Positions 24,879 to 39,636 of a stretch of DNA of 64,000 nt are shown piece by piece. The stretch is from assembly GCF_009914755.1 (NCBI RefSeq), contig NC_060931.1. One strand, 5' to 3'. Every line of letters begins with the position of its first letter. The first letter of the stretch is position 1. Origin of the DNA: the human T2T-CHM13v2.0 reference genome, Homo sapiens. The position numbers and the translations under genes are program-made. The notes below the pieces were generated by a model. That model had not been told where the DNA came from and made no database searches. It worked only from the letters and a program-made list of their open reading frames with translations.

Positions 24879-26031
24879 GTTGACAGTTCCCTCTCAGGAT
24901 CAGGAAGGGAGTGAAGCCTTTGCTAATCTCTGCAGTACAGCTTAGCAAGACATCTTACCTTGTCAAAGCCCATCTTCGAGCTTGGCCTAAAAGAAGTCAA
25001 GGTATTTGCCTTTAAAGAACCAAGTGGGCCAAGATAAATAAAATATCTATAGTAATTACTATAAACTCAAGCGGCCACAGGGCTTTCTTTAAATGCTCTG
25101 GACAATGAGTGGAGCTAGGGTCTTCATAGATCCTGGGGCCGAGTTAAAGAAAATAGAAATAGAAATTTCCACCCACCTTACAGAATGGGAACTTAGGTTA
25201 AATTTGATGTAAATAAATAAAAGAAACATGATATGCCTTACACCTTGTACTGAAGAATAAAATTAATGCCTCTTCAATTTATATGATACAATAGGAATGA
25301 TAGGAGGCTCCTTCAGCACCTAGGACAGCCAAATACGAAGGTCATCCATCTGTGAAAGGAAAAATTCCCAACAAGACCTTGAGCACACACCAAATAGATT
25401 TAATTTATAGTTGACATTGGTTCACAGAACAGTCAAGGTCATTGGCACCTTAATTACAACACACTTGGCCCACACTCCTTACCCAGCAGGTAATAGCACT
25501 AACATGCATGATGAAACTCCTGTCCATCATCCAAATTCAAGATGATAAGTTTTGATTCGGTTACTGAGACTATTATCGTCTGTTTTATCTTGATGAAATA
25601 GTGACTACAAACACAGCTCCAGGCTAATTTGGAACAATGTCAACACCTAAAAAATTATCTCCTTGGAAGAAACGTGGGTAAATTAGAATAAACCTTTTAT
25701 GCATTAGTAAGTATTAATGTACTTAAGGTGATTCTTGCTGGTGTGTGATTCCAAGATTTAAGCAGGAATATTTACATTCTTTAACACTCTTACTTTGCTC
25801 CATTGAAAGACTTTCCCTCAAGCTCCCACTCCTGTGTCCCCTGAGACTACTGTAAGTTTCTAGAGCTGATGAAACCACCTGTAGGGTAGAAAGACCAGAA
25901 TAGGGCGTGTGGTTTAGCAAGTCTTTTCTAGAGTTATTCTTGGCCCTGAGCACCACTAGCATGGTGGGTGTTTCTGGCTGAATCTGTCTGGTTGTCCTCA
26001 TGCTGCACACTCTGACGGGTGACCTGAGGCC

Positions 26032-26058
26032 ATGAGTCAGCATTGTGGTAACATTCCT
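26032..26058. promoter_or_regulatory. Composite AP-1/MARE + RUNX + TEAD motif
   Basis: ATGAGTCAGCA (26032-26042), TGTGGT (26044-26049), ACATTCCT (26051-26058). Confidence 0.45.
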
Positions 26059-27273
26059 TCTCATTACACCAGCCATTCTGCTTGAGTAGTCCTCAGAAAA
26101 GGGAACCATTTTTTAGGTAGGAAAACAAGCTTCTCGTTGTGGTCTATAACCTCTTCTCTCCTCTGGGTTCAGGGCGGGAGAGTTACAATGCCCAGAGAAG
26201 GGCATGCCTCTTCCAGCCCCCTAATACATATAACCACATTTGATTCTCATCATAACCCTGCAATGTTGTTCCCAGCAAGATGGTCTGTCACAGAATCCTT
26301 GTATGTGTATGTCCTTGTAGGTCAAGGCTTCTTAGCTTTCTGCCATTTGACAATTCTCCCTTTGTATGGGGAACGAGTGAACTTGACATGACCTGAATAC
26401 ACAGAATCCCAAGGCTTGGACCATTCCAGTCCCAAGAGATAATTTATATAAAATAAATCAAAGGAGGAGTAGAAAGTATGTGATTGCTTCAGTCTTTGTT
26501 TTGTCCTGTGTTGTGATAGTTTTACCAAGCACATGGCTCAGAGGAGGACGAAATGAGAAAGTGAAGCATTTATAACAAGATACCATCACTGTAGATTAAC
26601 CTGAGTACAAAGGAAGGAGGTGGACACCTTACCCTGGGGGGAAGCAGGAAACAGACCCTATACCTGGAGCTGGCCTGCGGATATCTCCATGTCTGCCTCC
26701 CAAGATTGTAGGGTTGACAGATTTACACTGTTTCAACATGTAAAACGAAGAGGTGAAAACTTCACCAGCAGAAGGCTGAGAAACCACTATGAGCAATGCC
26801 TGCTCTTAATTCATGTTACCTTAAGTATAAAATAAAAAGGACTTAGTTGAAAAAACTCCTACCAGATTCCTGTTTTATGAAATTCTGAATTTTTTTATGT
26901 CTTAATCAAAAAACCTAAATATTTTAGGGCATGGAAAGGAGAATAGATTCACCCTTGAGCACTAGCCTAAATTAGTTATGAATTATTATGTTTATTTTGC
27001 AGGTGAGAAGATTGAGGCTCAGAAAGTCTGGAACTTTCTCTTTCCTCACATCCCTTTCGACAGTAGGGCACACGTCAAAACTGGTCATTTGGGAACAGTA
27101 TGTTTTGGTACAATTCTTCCTTTCTTTCATGGACAAGAGTAATATTAATTTGATCAAAATAATGCAAATGGACTTTGGCTTTAATAGAATTTTTATATCA
27201 AATATTTCCAGATAACAATGAAGTTCTAATCTGCAAAAGCTGCAGGTGTTGTTAGAAGAACCATCCTTCTATG

Positions 27274-27540
27274 GGTGGGGTGCAGTGGATCACGCCTGTA
27301 GTCCCAGCACTTTGGGGGCCAAGGAGTTCAAGACCAACCTGGACAACAAGGTGAAACCCCATCTCTACTAAAAATACAAAAATTAGCCAGGCATGGAGGC
27401 ACATGCCTGTTAATCCCAGCTACTCAGGAGGCTGAGGTATGAAAACTGTTTGAACCTGGGAGGCAGAGATTGCAGTGGGCCGAGATGGTGCCACTGCACT
27501 CCAGCCCGGGTGAAAGAGCGAGACTCCATCTCAAAAGAAA
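27274..27540 (+). mobile_element. AluS with an internal deletion in the left arm
   Basis: GGCCAAGG joined directly to AGTTCAAGACC. Diverged TSD AAGAACCATCCTTCTATG / AAGAATCATCGTCCTATG. Confidence 0.9.
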
Positions 27541-28884
27541 GAATCATCGTCCTATGAATTGGAATCTTATAAAAATAGCGCATCAACCAAATTGGGACAG
27601 AATTATTATATATATACATACGAAGAGAAAAATGGGAGACTGCCATGTGGGTCAGTGCCCTCAGGAGTCCCCAGCCAGAATCCCTCCCCCAGCACCACAT
27701 CCAACTCCTAACTGTCCACACCTTGGCCAAACTCTGGGCATATCTGGACACTGGGAACATGTCCCTTCCCTGCCCCCTACAAACCATCGGCCACATTTCC
27801 ACAATATGGGCATGGTTCTGCCTGTCCCTGGCTGCTGGAGACATCCTGGTGTCAGAGCTCCTGTTGGCAGTGCACAGTGTTGACGGGGAGCCATGAGTGC
27901 TGATGTAGCTAACAGTGCTCACCAACTGGTATTGTGCAGGCCTCACCCTGCTAGGTTTGCCCTCTGAGGCACCCTGAGCAAGCCAGCTAACAGCCAAAGG
28001 TGCTGTTCCTGGGAGTCTCAGCCACCCAGTTTCTGAGTGACCCCAAGGGTTAGAGAGATCCACAGTTTGAAGCACCACCACAATGCATTTGCAACACTGT
28101 GGTTGGTAGACTCCAGTGTAGGTATCACGGATAAGCAGAGGTTGTTTTACAATCAGTATTTCTGATTTCTAAAGCCATCTCTTTCCACTAGGCCCCAAAG
28201 CTACAGAGGGTGAAGGCTAAGATCAAAGGAGTGGTGTTCTTGGAAAAACCAGAAGCAGAACTCATAGCATCAACACAACTGACCACAAGAGCAACAGTGC
28301 AGCAGAAGAATGGCCTCCCACAATGTAAGTTATAAGGTGACAACCTGGAGATAGGTCTCATCCCTCTCATGCCTCAGAGTAGGGAGAAGATATCAAGCAG
28401 ATTACACTAGGCCCCGCTGACATCTAGGACTTTCCTTTGCAGACTACTTCTATGCTCTCTGGCATCTATAGCTCCATGAACCTTATTCTGCTCATTTCAT
28501 TTGTTTCTAATTCAGAGGTGGTCACTTTCAATTGCCCAGTCTTTTAAAGGTGGGGAATTTTTGGATGGACTGAGCAAAGCCTTGAAGCAAAAGCAAGGAT
28601 CTTTCTGGTCCCAAATACAAGTGGGATTTGAAGGTACATGTTGCTGAGTAACCTCCGCTGTTTCCTCTCTGCTCCCTCTCAAGAACAAATCCTCCACCAA
28701 AGTCGGCTTGGATCTCACAATGCTTCTTCATGAAGACGTGAGCAATCTTTCAAACTGATCTCCTTCTGCAAAGTTGGGGTGCAAAAGTCTTCCAGCCCAG
28801 GAGGTCATTGAAACCTTTAGCCTAACTCTTCCCATATTCTCTTTTCAAGTTTGTTGTTGTAGCTGTTGCTGCTGTTTTGGTGTT

Positions 28885-29365
28885 ATCACTACTGAAATAT
28901 AGTTCATTTGCCATAAAAGTTTACTCTTTTAAGGTGTACAATTCAGCGATTTTTTTTTTAGTATATTCACTTGTGCAGCCATATCCACTAACTCGAGAAC
29001 CTCTTCATTACCTGAGAGAAACCCTTTATCCATTAGTAATCACCTCAATTCCCTCCTTTTCCCAGCTGTGGCAACCAATAATCTATATTTTGTCTATGGA
29101 TTTACCTTGTCTGGACATTTCATGTGAGTGGAATCATACAAAATGTGGCCTTTTATATCTGGCTGTTTTCACTTTTGTTTTCAATGTTCACCCCCATTGT
29201 AGCACGTGTCAGTACTTTATGCCTTTGATGGCTAAATAACATTCCACTGTATGAACATACCACATTGTGCTTATCCATCCATCCATGGATGACATTTAGA
29301 TTGTTTCCACCTTTTAGATAAGATGAAAAATCCTGCTATGAACATTCATTTACAAGTTTTTATGT
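28885..29365 (-). mobile_element. L1MB/MC 3' UTR fragment
   Basis: AAGGTGTACAATTCAG...CTGGACATTTCATGTGAGTGGAATCATAC...GCTATGAACATTC. Confidence 0.8.
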
Positions 29366-29433
29366 ATTTGTAAAATTTTTCAAAAACATACTCAAAAACT
29401 TTTTTTTCAAATAGAAAGCTTTAGCTTTAATAA

Positions 29434-29804
<371 letters not shown>

Positions 29805-30004
29805 GATCCTTTATTATTCTTAAACATCTCTAGAAACTTAGCCTCACCAAGGTAATACGGTACTTGGTTGACTTGAGAAAGGTTTTCTACCGTGGTGTAC
29901 ATAAGAGAAAGTATATCAATATTTCAAAATAGTATCAGCCTATACATCAATAATGGTTGGTCACTCAAAGTGACACTTATTTCCACTGAGGAAACTTGCA
30001 ATTT

Positions 30005-30283
30005 TTTAAGAGTCTTGCTCTGTTTGCCCAGGCTGCAATGCAATGGTGTCATCATAGTTCTCTGCAGCCTCGAACTCTTGGGGTTCAAGAGATCCTTCCA
30101 CATAGGTCTCCCAAGTAGCTGGGACTACAGGCATACGCTGCCATGCCCAGATAATTTTAAACTTTTTTGTAAAGATGGGGTCTTGTTATGTGGTCCAGAC
30201 CGGTCTCAAACTCCTGCCCTCAAGCAATTTTCCTGCCTTGGTGTCCCAAAGTGCTGGGATTACAGGCATGAGCCTGTGCCTGG
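30005..30283 (-). mobile_element. AluJ
   Basis: GAGTCTTGCTCTG...CTGCAGCCTCGAACTC...CAAAGTGCTGGGATTACAGGCATGAG. Confidence 0.9.
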
Positions 30284-30354
30284 CTATTCTTCAACTGGGC
30301 AAAAGCAACCAACCAGACACTAATTCCCATTCCTTAAATAGGGTTTATTTTTTA

Positions 30355-30835
<481 letters not shown>

Positions 30836-31189
30836 GATTTTGATCTGTTGTACAGTATTCATTACAAAGCCCAGTGCTGTGCCAAAAGTAAATTCAAAAC
30901 AAATAGCTGTCAAATAAAAAAATGAATGAGTAAATAAATGTACATTTAACAGCTAGGAGACTACCCATAAGGGGAAATTAAGAACTATTTAGGTACCATT
31001 TATTTTTTTAAAAAGCCAAACACCGGATATTTTTTAAATGTACAAATGTAAAATTTCATACACACAATACCCAATTTGTGATGGTTTATCTTGTTTTCAA
31101 GATAAGTTTTGCTAATATCTTATTGTTCAAAGGAACAGCAACAAGCTGCACAAGCTGGTTTACACAAGCTGTAGATTCCAACGTAGACT

Positions 31190-31516
31190 TTCTCAACTTC
31201 ATGACGATGCAAAAGCAATACGCATTCAGTAGCAACCATACTTTGAGTACCCATGCAACTATTTTGTTTTTCACTTTCTATACAGTATTCAATAAATTAC
31301 ATGAAATATTCAACACCATATAATAAAATAGGCTTTGTGTTAGTTAATTTTCTCAATTATAGGCTAATATAGATGTTCTCAGCACATTCAAGGTAGGTGA
31401 GGCTAAGTTATGATGTTCAATAGGTTAGGTTCATAAAATATATTTCTAACTAGGATATTTTCAACTTATGATGGGTTCGTCAGGATATAACTGTATTGTA
31501 AGTCAAGGAGCATCTG
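31190..31516 (-). mobile_element. MER47A (TcMar-Tigger), missing its left TIR
   Basis: The reverse complement starts CAGATGCTCCTTGACTTACAAT...AACCCATCATAAGTTGAAAATATCC. TA at 31517-31518. The other end is truncated. Confidence 0.85.
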
Positions 31517-31879
31517 TACTTTACAGTAGTGTTTCTGCAAGTACAAAATAGGTTAGGATGAAAGAATATTGTTTTCAAGATGAGTTTTGCTAGTAATATT
31601 GTTCAAAGGAACTGCAACAACCTGCACAGGCTGGCTGATACAAGCTGTAGATTCTTTGTCACCTGGACCAACACAGACTTTCTGATGGACATGTCAACAC
31701 TCACACTGGCCTCAATTCATTGACAAGAGCTAAGAGTTAATGAATCAGAAAATGAAAGATAAAAGCAGAAAAGAAAGAGATCAACTAGAGAAAAAGAAGG
31801 AACTATTCCAGATGGCAGATGCTCCTGTGTCATGGAAGCATTCAGTTTCAGTTTGTTCTATTCTTGACTTCACTTATAA

Positions 31880-32010
31880 GTTATCTGGTGGCATGGGACA
31901 AATTGCTTAGATTTCTTCTGCCTCAGTTTCTCAGTGTGCAAATTGGGGCCAACATTACTCCCCTTTAAGGAGTTCAAAGAGCACTGAGGTAAAAAGTTGG
32001 AAAGGCCCAG
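31880..32010 (+). mobile_element. MIR
   Basis: TTCTGCCTCAGTTTCTCAGTGTGCAAATTGGGG. Confidence 0.55.
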
Positions 32011-35000
32011 CCTGTGTCTGTAAAGTATATTTACAACTCCCTGGAGTAATGCAGGTATTGATGCTAAAAGCATCATTATTTTTGTAGTTGGAAAGTCAGA
32101 ATCCATCCTCCATCATATTCTAAGCCTTTGAAAGAGCCCTTTGTTTTCCTGCCTCAGCTTTGGCCCACAGGCAAAAATATTCTGTCTTTCAAAAGGTTTC
32201 TTTCATAAACAGTTCATTCTTTTTAAGTGGGTTTCACTGACTATGTTTATTAACATGTAGTAACACTTAAGGAAGGTTTCGTTTGGTACTGGGAAGAAAG
32301 CAGTGTGGGCAGCCTGCCACTCCTTAGCCTAAAAAGAAATATTGTCTAGAACAAGGCCCGAGGCACTCAGAGAGGCCAGGACTATTGCAGGTTGCCGCTT
32401 GCGACTTGCATCACTCAACCCAAGCAGTGCAAACAATGACGGGTGTCCCAGGGGCCCCTCCTAGACCAGGCCAGTGGTGAAAATTACTCAGCCTTTCTCA
32501 GTCACTGAAATGATTTCACCAGAGAGACATCTATGTCAATAAAAGGGAAGATGAAGATATTCAACTTGATAAACAGCAGAAAATTTAATTTAACAAGCTG
32601 TCTTTCCATGTTTTTTTTCTGTCCATGAGGTTGAATTCACCACTGTTCTCTAAGTTAAACATCTCTATCTTTGATTTATGTCATGACTGAGTCTGTGAAC
32701 TCTCCTTGTTATTTTCTTCTGACCTCATATCTCACTACTTGTCTTAATTTGAGCCTTTTCTTTTTTTCTTTTGCAAGAAATGGAAATCCATTCAGTGAAG
32801 ACCATCTCTAGAGATTTCTGGGCCTTAATAAATATCTATAGAATCATGGGTGACTGCAGAGTCATCCATGAATATCTCTACAGTCACCCAAGAAATTCTT
32901 AACAAAGGTAAAATCAGGTCAGGATGTGCCTCCAGAGCAGTTTTGAATGAAGAAAATTCATCAGGAAGGGGCAACCTGCTGCCAAGGGGTGCGTGAGGCA
33001 GAGGGTCAATCACATTGGCCAGGGTAGCAAATGGTGCTGAATGAAGATGACCAGCTGGGGAGGCCTTTCCTGTCCTCTCCACAGGGACTTTGTCCCTGAG
33101 TGCTCGCCAGTCACCAGCAAAACCCAAAGCTTGAAGCCAATGTTTTGTCTTCATGGAAGGATATGTACTGCCTGTTCTGTCAAGCTCTAATCTCTTCAAA
33201 CTTCATTCCAGAATCCTGAGATTTTTTTCCTTGCCCTATGACCTCAGAAACTAATAGAAGATTTTTCTGAAGCCAGGAAATTAGACTCTGACCATAATTT
33301 GATCAGAGGCAACACCCTCCCAGGGCTGGATGAAGATCTTTAAAAGTCTTGAGCATTAAAGAGATTATGCTTCACATCCCACAACTATCCACCATATGTA
33401 ATACAATATTTTTTTAAGATCTAAACCCTGAAGTAAAAGAGAATTTCAACAAAGTTCAAACTCTTAGCATGATAATGATGCAATACCTTTTTTAAAACAT
33501 CAAAATCTGTATCTAAATTTTGTTCTATTTGCATGTCCCCATTTACTGGTGATCTAAGCATTTATTCAGTCTATCTACTGGGAATTCTGTCGCCACCTCT
33601 GCCTACTCTGCACATACCCGCTAAATGTCTGTCATTTGATTAGTCCAGTAATTTGTATCACAAGTGTTTCCATTGGAACAATCATCTTTGATGTGACCTT
33701 CTCTCTGTGGAAGGAGCTCTGAAGAAGCAGGAGTAGGTTTTTCTAATGTTTTTAACATAGGGTCAATGCATTCATTTAATGCACATTTTTGAACGCTCAT
33801 GCTGTTCCAAGTACGGCATAGGAAGTCAACCACATTACAAAGATAATACTAGGTATGATGTTACAGAGGGACAAGGTCCTAAAAAACAAGGAGTTATAAG
33901 AGACAAGGAGGTGACCTCAGCAACTTGGCAGAATAGGAGGCCCTTGCCTCTCCCTCCACTCTTGGGCACACCAAATAAACATCTATTCACAGATCAATTC
34001 TCTCTGAGAGAAAGTAAGAAATCAATTGAGAAACTCTGACCCAACCAGGCAACTGAAAAATATCCACACCGAACAGATGGGAAAAACCGAGGCATGGTCA
34101 GGCAAAGATGCCATCCCAGGCACCACATCATACAATCAGGAAAGGAATCCCCAAACTCAGCTTCTCACTGTGGCGAGTAGGGTATAGACCTCATATGTAA
34201 TGCCCTAACTCTTAGCTTCCCCACATTTTGGCTCTTACTTAACCAGCTTTAGGAGTGAAGGAGATTAAGCATATACAATTCTCACTAGACTATAGGGGAA
34301 AAGTGGCAGTTTTGTAGACATCCACAGCTCTTCCAGAAGCTCCATCCCTAGGAGCAGTGTGGAGAAGGGGCTTTTAAAAAGCAGCTTCCTGTTTCTCTGC
34401 AGAAGGGATTTATGCCGTGCATTGAGTGCCCCAACTTTCATAGCTACTGTCTGAAGAACTGCATCCTAAAAACCTCCTAGCCCTGAGAGCAGAAGAGACG
34501 AGGCATATGTGAGTACTTCTAGATAATAGAACATAAAGGTGGTTTTAAATGGACACAGAAACACTTCCAGAGGCCATACTTCCTGGGAACAGTGCAGAAA
34601 TGAGGCTGAAATACAGCTACCATTTTTCTCTCCAGAAGGGGCTCACTACACACCCTTCCAGTGGCTATATGACAGCCTGGCTCCAAATAAACTTGCATCA
34701 GGGAGCTAATAGGTGAGACAAACTTTAGCCCTCCAGCAGTCAGAGCCAGAGCTGGGCAGTTCTCAAGCCTTTCCTCACACCAAGGTCTACCTATTTTTCC
34801 TGGAAGGAGTTTGTCCATGCACCAAATGCCACAAATGTATAGCTCTCACCAAAGGGACTGTCTCCCTAACGACCTAGCTCTGAAAGTTGATGGGGCTTTG
34901 CATTCCTGAGTGGCCCTAGACCACAGAAAACAAAGAGGTGGACATACAACAGGCCTACTTCCATCAGATATCTCCTCAAGCTCAGAAGATGCAGCCTGAA

Positions 35001-38000
35001 CTCCAGTACAGGATTTTGTCACAGATCCTCTCCCTAGCTTAGTGCAGAAAGAGTGGGAGATAAACAGCAACACTCAGCTTCACCATGAGGATAGCAGCTA
35101 AAATACATACCCAACACCCACCGCCCCCCACCCTCCAGCTTTTCCAGCTACATCAGAGAGACTGGCTCCTACCTCACTGGTCTTCGGGTATTGACAGAAC
35201 ATGGCCCATCCTAATTTGGGAGGGGGAGCAGCACCAAAAACAGAGACAAACACAAGATTTGAAAGGCATCTTAAAATCTTTGGCGAAGCAAATTGGTGAG
35301 ATTTTTCTCTTACAGTAGGCCAGTCTGACAAGACTGGAAGAGGCAGATGTCTTATCTAATGCACAGACCCAACACAGTGAGTCAAGAAAAATGAATAAAT
35401 AAGGAGATATATTCCAAATAAAATAACAACATGAATCTCCAGAAACTGGCCCAAGTGAAGTGAAGATATGTGGTCTGCCCAACAGGGAATTCAAAATGAT
35501 GACTGTAAAGTTGCACATCAAGGTAGGAAAGCAATGCAAGACTGAAAATTCCAACAAAGAAGTAGAAAATATCTAAAAGTACCAAACAGAAATCATAGAG
35601 CTAAAGAATACTATAACTGAATTGAAAACTTTAGTAAAGAAATTTGACAACAGATTCTGCAAAAGGGAGGATCAGTGAATTTGAAGACAGGTCACTGGAA
35701 ATCACCCAAGCTGAGGAGAGAAAAAAAACTAAAAAGAGTGAAGATAGCTTAGAGGCCTTATGGGACAACATTAAGCAGAACAAATTAGGAATTATTGATA
35801 TGCTAAAAGAATAGGAAGAGAGAGAAAACATTTTAAAAGAAATAATGGCAGAAAACATCCCAAGCCTGAGGAGAAAATATTCAGAAAGCTTAATGTACAT
35901 GAGGTAAAATTAGTCCAAAGAGACTCACACCAGGGCACGTCATAATCAAATTGTCAAAAGTTAGACAAAGGGATTCTTGAAAGCTGCAAGAAAAAAGCAC
36001 ATTATTATGTACAAGGGAGCCCCTGAAAGATTATCTGGATTTTTCAGCACCTTGCAAGCCAAAAGAGAGTGGGATGCTGTATTCAGAATTCTGATAGAAA
36101 AAAAAAAACAAAACCTGCCAACCAAGAATACTGTGCCCAGCAATTCTATCTTTCAAAAATAAAGGAGTGATAAAGACTTTCTCTGACGAACAAAAGTTGA
36201 GAGAATTTATCAACACTAGACATGTCATAAGAAATGCTGAAGGTAGTTCTTAAAACTGAAGGAAGAAGACACAAATTAGTAACATGAAAACATATGAAAT
36301 TATAAAACTAACTGGTAAAAGTAATTACATTGTCAAACCCAAAACACTCTGACCCTGTAATGATGATGGATAAATCAATTATATCTTTAGTATACAGGTT
36401 AAAAAGGCAAAACTATTAAAAACAACTAAAGCTACAATAATTTGTTAACGAATACAAATAATAAAAAGATGTAAAATGTGACAGCAAAAATATAAAGCAT
36501 GGGAGTAGGGGGAGAAATCCTGTAGAGTTTATGTATTTGACAAAAATTAAGTGTTACAAGCTTAACATAGCTGGTTATAAGTTTAAAATACTTTATGAAA
36601 CCATTAGGGTAGCCATAGAACAAAAGCCTACAATAGATACAAAAAAGATAATAAAAAAAAAAAGATTCAAAGCACACCACTACAGGAGGCCATCAAACCA
36701 CAGAGAAAGCAAGCAAGAGGGGAAGAAAAAAGAAGGATCTACAAAACCATCAGAAAACAATGGACAAAATGGACTAATGAGTTCTTATCTATCAGTAATT
36801 ACTCTTAATGTGAATGCATTAAATTATCTAAACAAAAGGCATAGAGTGGCTAAATTGATTTAAAAAAGAAAGACCCAACTGTATTCTGCCTACAAGAAAC
36901 TCACTTCAACTTAAAAAACACTCAGAATGAAAGTGAAAGGATGAAAAATAATATCACATGCAAATAGAAACCAAAGGAGAACAGAAGTAGCCATACTTAT
37001 TTTAGATAAAAACTTTAGGTAAAAAACTGTAAAAAGTGAGAATAAAGTCATTATGTAGTGATTAAAGGGTCAATTCTTCAAGAGTATGTAAGAATTATTA
37101 AATATATAGGTACCTAACATTGGTACACCTAAATATACAAAGCAAACATTAATAGATCTGAGGGGAGGCATAGACTGTAACACAGCAATAGTAGGGAATT
37201 TCAGTAATCACTTTCAACAATATCAACGAATCAATCAGAGAGAAAATCAATAAGGCAACAATGGACTTAACAGACATTGCAGAACATTCTACCCAACAGC
37301 AATATAATACACATTCTGTTCATGTGCACACAGAAAATTCTCCAGGATAGATCATATATTAGGCCACAAAACAAGTTTTAACAAATTTAAGAAGATTAAA
37401 ATCATATCAAATATTTTTTCCAATGATAATGACATGAAACTAGAAATCAATACAGGAGGAAAATGGAAAATCAACAAATATGTGGAAATTAAACAGTGTG
37501 CTTCTGAACAACTATAGAGTCAAGGACAAAATTTTAAAATATCTTGAGACAAATGAAAATGGAAACACAACACACCAAAACATGAGATGCAGCAAAAGCA
37601 TTTCTAAGAGGGATGTTTATAGCAATAAATGCCTACCTCAAAAAAGAAAGATCTCAAATAAACAGCCTAACACTGCACCTCAAGGAACTACAAAAGGAAA
37701 AACAAACTGAGCTCAAAGTTAGCATAAGGAAGGAAATAGTGAAAATTAGACTAGAAGTAAATGGGACTAGAAAACCAATAACAAAGATCCACAAACTGAA
37801 AGTTGTTTTTTTTTTTGAGAAATCAAAAAAAAATTGACAAACCCTTAGCCAAATCAACTAAGATAAAAAGAAAGAAGACTCAAATAAATAAAATGAAAGA
37901 AAAGACATTAGAATTGATAACACAGAAATGCAAAGGATCATAGGAGACTACTATGAATAACTATATACCAAAAAAGTCTAATAACCTAGAAAAAAATGGA

Positions 38001-39585
38001 TAAATTTGTAGACATATACAACCTAATCAGGAAGAAATTGTAAATCTATATAAATCAATAATGAGTGAGAAGACTGGATCAGTAATTAAAAGTCTCCCAT
38101 CATAGAAATGTCCAGCACTAGATGGTTTCCTGGCTGAATTCTACCAAACATTTAAAGAATTATTACCAATCCTTCTTAATGTCTTCAAAAAAAGTTGAAA
38201 AGAAGGCAATACTTCCAAACTAATTTTTTAGGCCAACTTCACCCTGATACCAAAGCCAGAAAATGTCACTGCAAGATAAGAAAACCATAGAATAATATCA
38301 CTGATTAACATAGATGTGAAAAATCCTCAACAAAATACTAGCAAACCATATTCAATAGTACATTATAAGATTCATTCACCATGATCAAGTGGGATTTATC
38401 CCTAGAATGAAAGAATGGTTCAAGATAGATCAAAAAATGATATTCCTCATATTAACAGAATGAAGAACAAAATTCATAGAAAAAGCATTTGACAAAATTC
38501 AACATCCTTTCACAGTAAAAACTCTCATTGAATTAGGTATAGACGGAATGTCCTCAACACAATAAAGTTCTTATGTGACAGTCCCACAGACAACATCACA
38601 CTGAATGGTGAAAAGTTGAAAGATTTTCCTCCAAGATGAGGAACAAAATAAAGATACTCACTGTCACCACTTCTGCTCAACACAGTACTGTAAGTCCCAG
38701 CCAGAGCAATTAGGAAAAAAAAAATCCATATAGAAAAGGAAGTATAATTGTTTGTTTGCTAACAACACGATCTCATATATAGAAAATCCTAACGATTTCA
38801 CTAAAAAACTTAGAACTGATAAAGGAATTCAGTAAAGTTGAGTTCACAAACTCAGCTTACAAAAAAACAGTAGTGTTTCTATCAATAACACAAACTACCT
38901 GAAAAAGAAATTCTCCCATTTACAATAGCACAACAAAAGATACTTAGGAGTAAACTTAACCCAGGAGGTAAAAATCTACACTGAAAACTATAAAATATTG
39001 ATGAAGGAAATTAAAGAAGACACAAATAAGTGGAAGGATATCCTATATTCACGAATTAGAAGAATCAATAGTCTAAAAATGCCTATATTACACAAAGCAA
39101 TCTACAGATTGAACACAATCTCTATCAAAATTCAAATGGCATTTTTCACAAAAATAGAAAAATACAAAAATTTATATAGAACCAAAATAGACCTTGATAG
39201 ATAAAGCAATCTTGAACAAGAAGAAAAAATCTAGAGGCATCGTTCTGTATTACAAAGCTGTAGTAATCAAAACAGTACGGTACCAGGATAAAAACAGACA
39301 CATTCATAAATGGAACAGAATAGAGAACTAAAAATAAATCCATGTATCTACAGTCACCTAGTCTTCGAGAAAGGTGCCAAGAACACACAATAGGAAAAGG
39401 ACAATCTCTTCTATAAATGATGCTGGGGAAACAATATCCATATGCAAATAAAATGAAACTAGATGATTGTCTTACACCACACACATAAATCAACTGAAAA
39501 ATACCTGAAAATTTAAACATAAAACCTGAAACTGTAACACTCCTAAAGAAAAACACAGGAGAAAAACTCTATGACATTTGTCTTA

Positions 39586-39586
<1 letters not shown>

Positions 39587-39636
<50 letters not shown>
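39587..39636. repeat. (TTA)n microsatellite inside L1
   Basis: About 16 perfect TTA units. Confidence 0.95.

Noticed and set aside
27410-28081. 223-aa minus-strand ORF
   Set aside because: It has a non-ATG start, ends in an Alu, shows no recognisable domain and lies in a GC-richer, possibly hAT-derived stretch.
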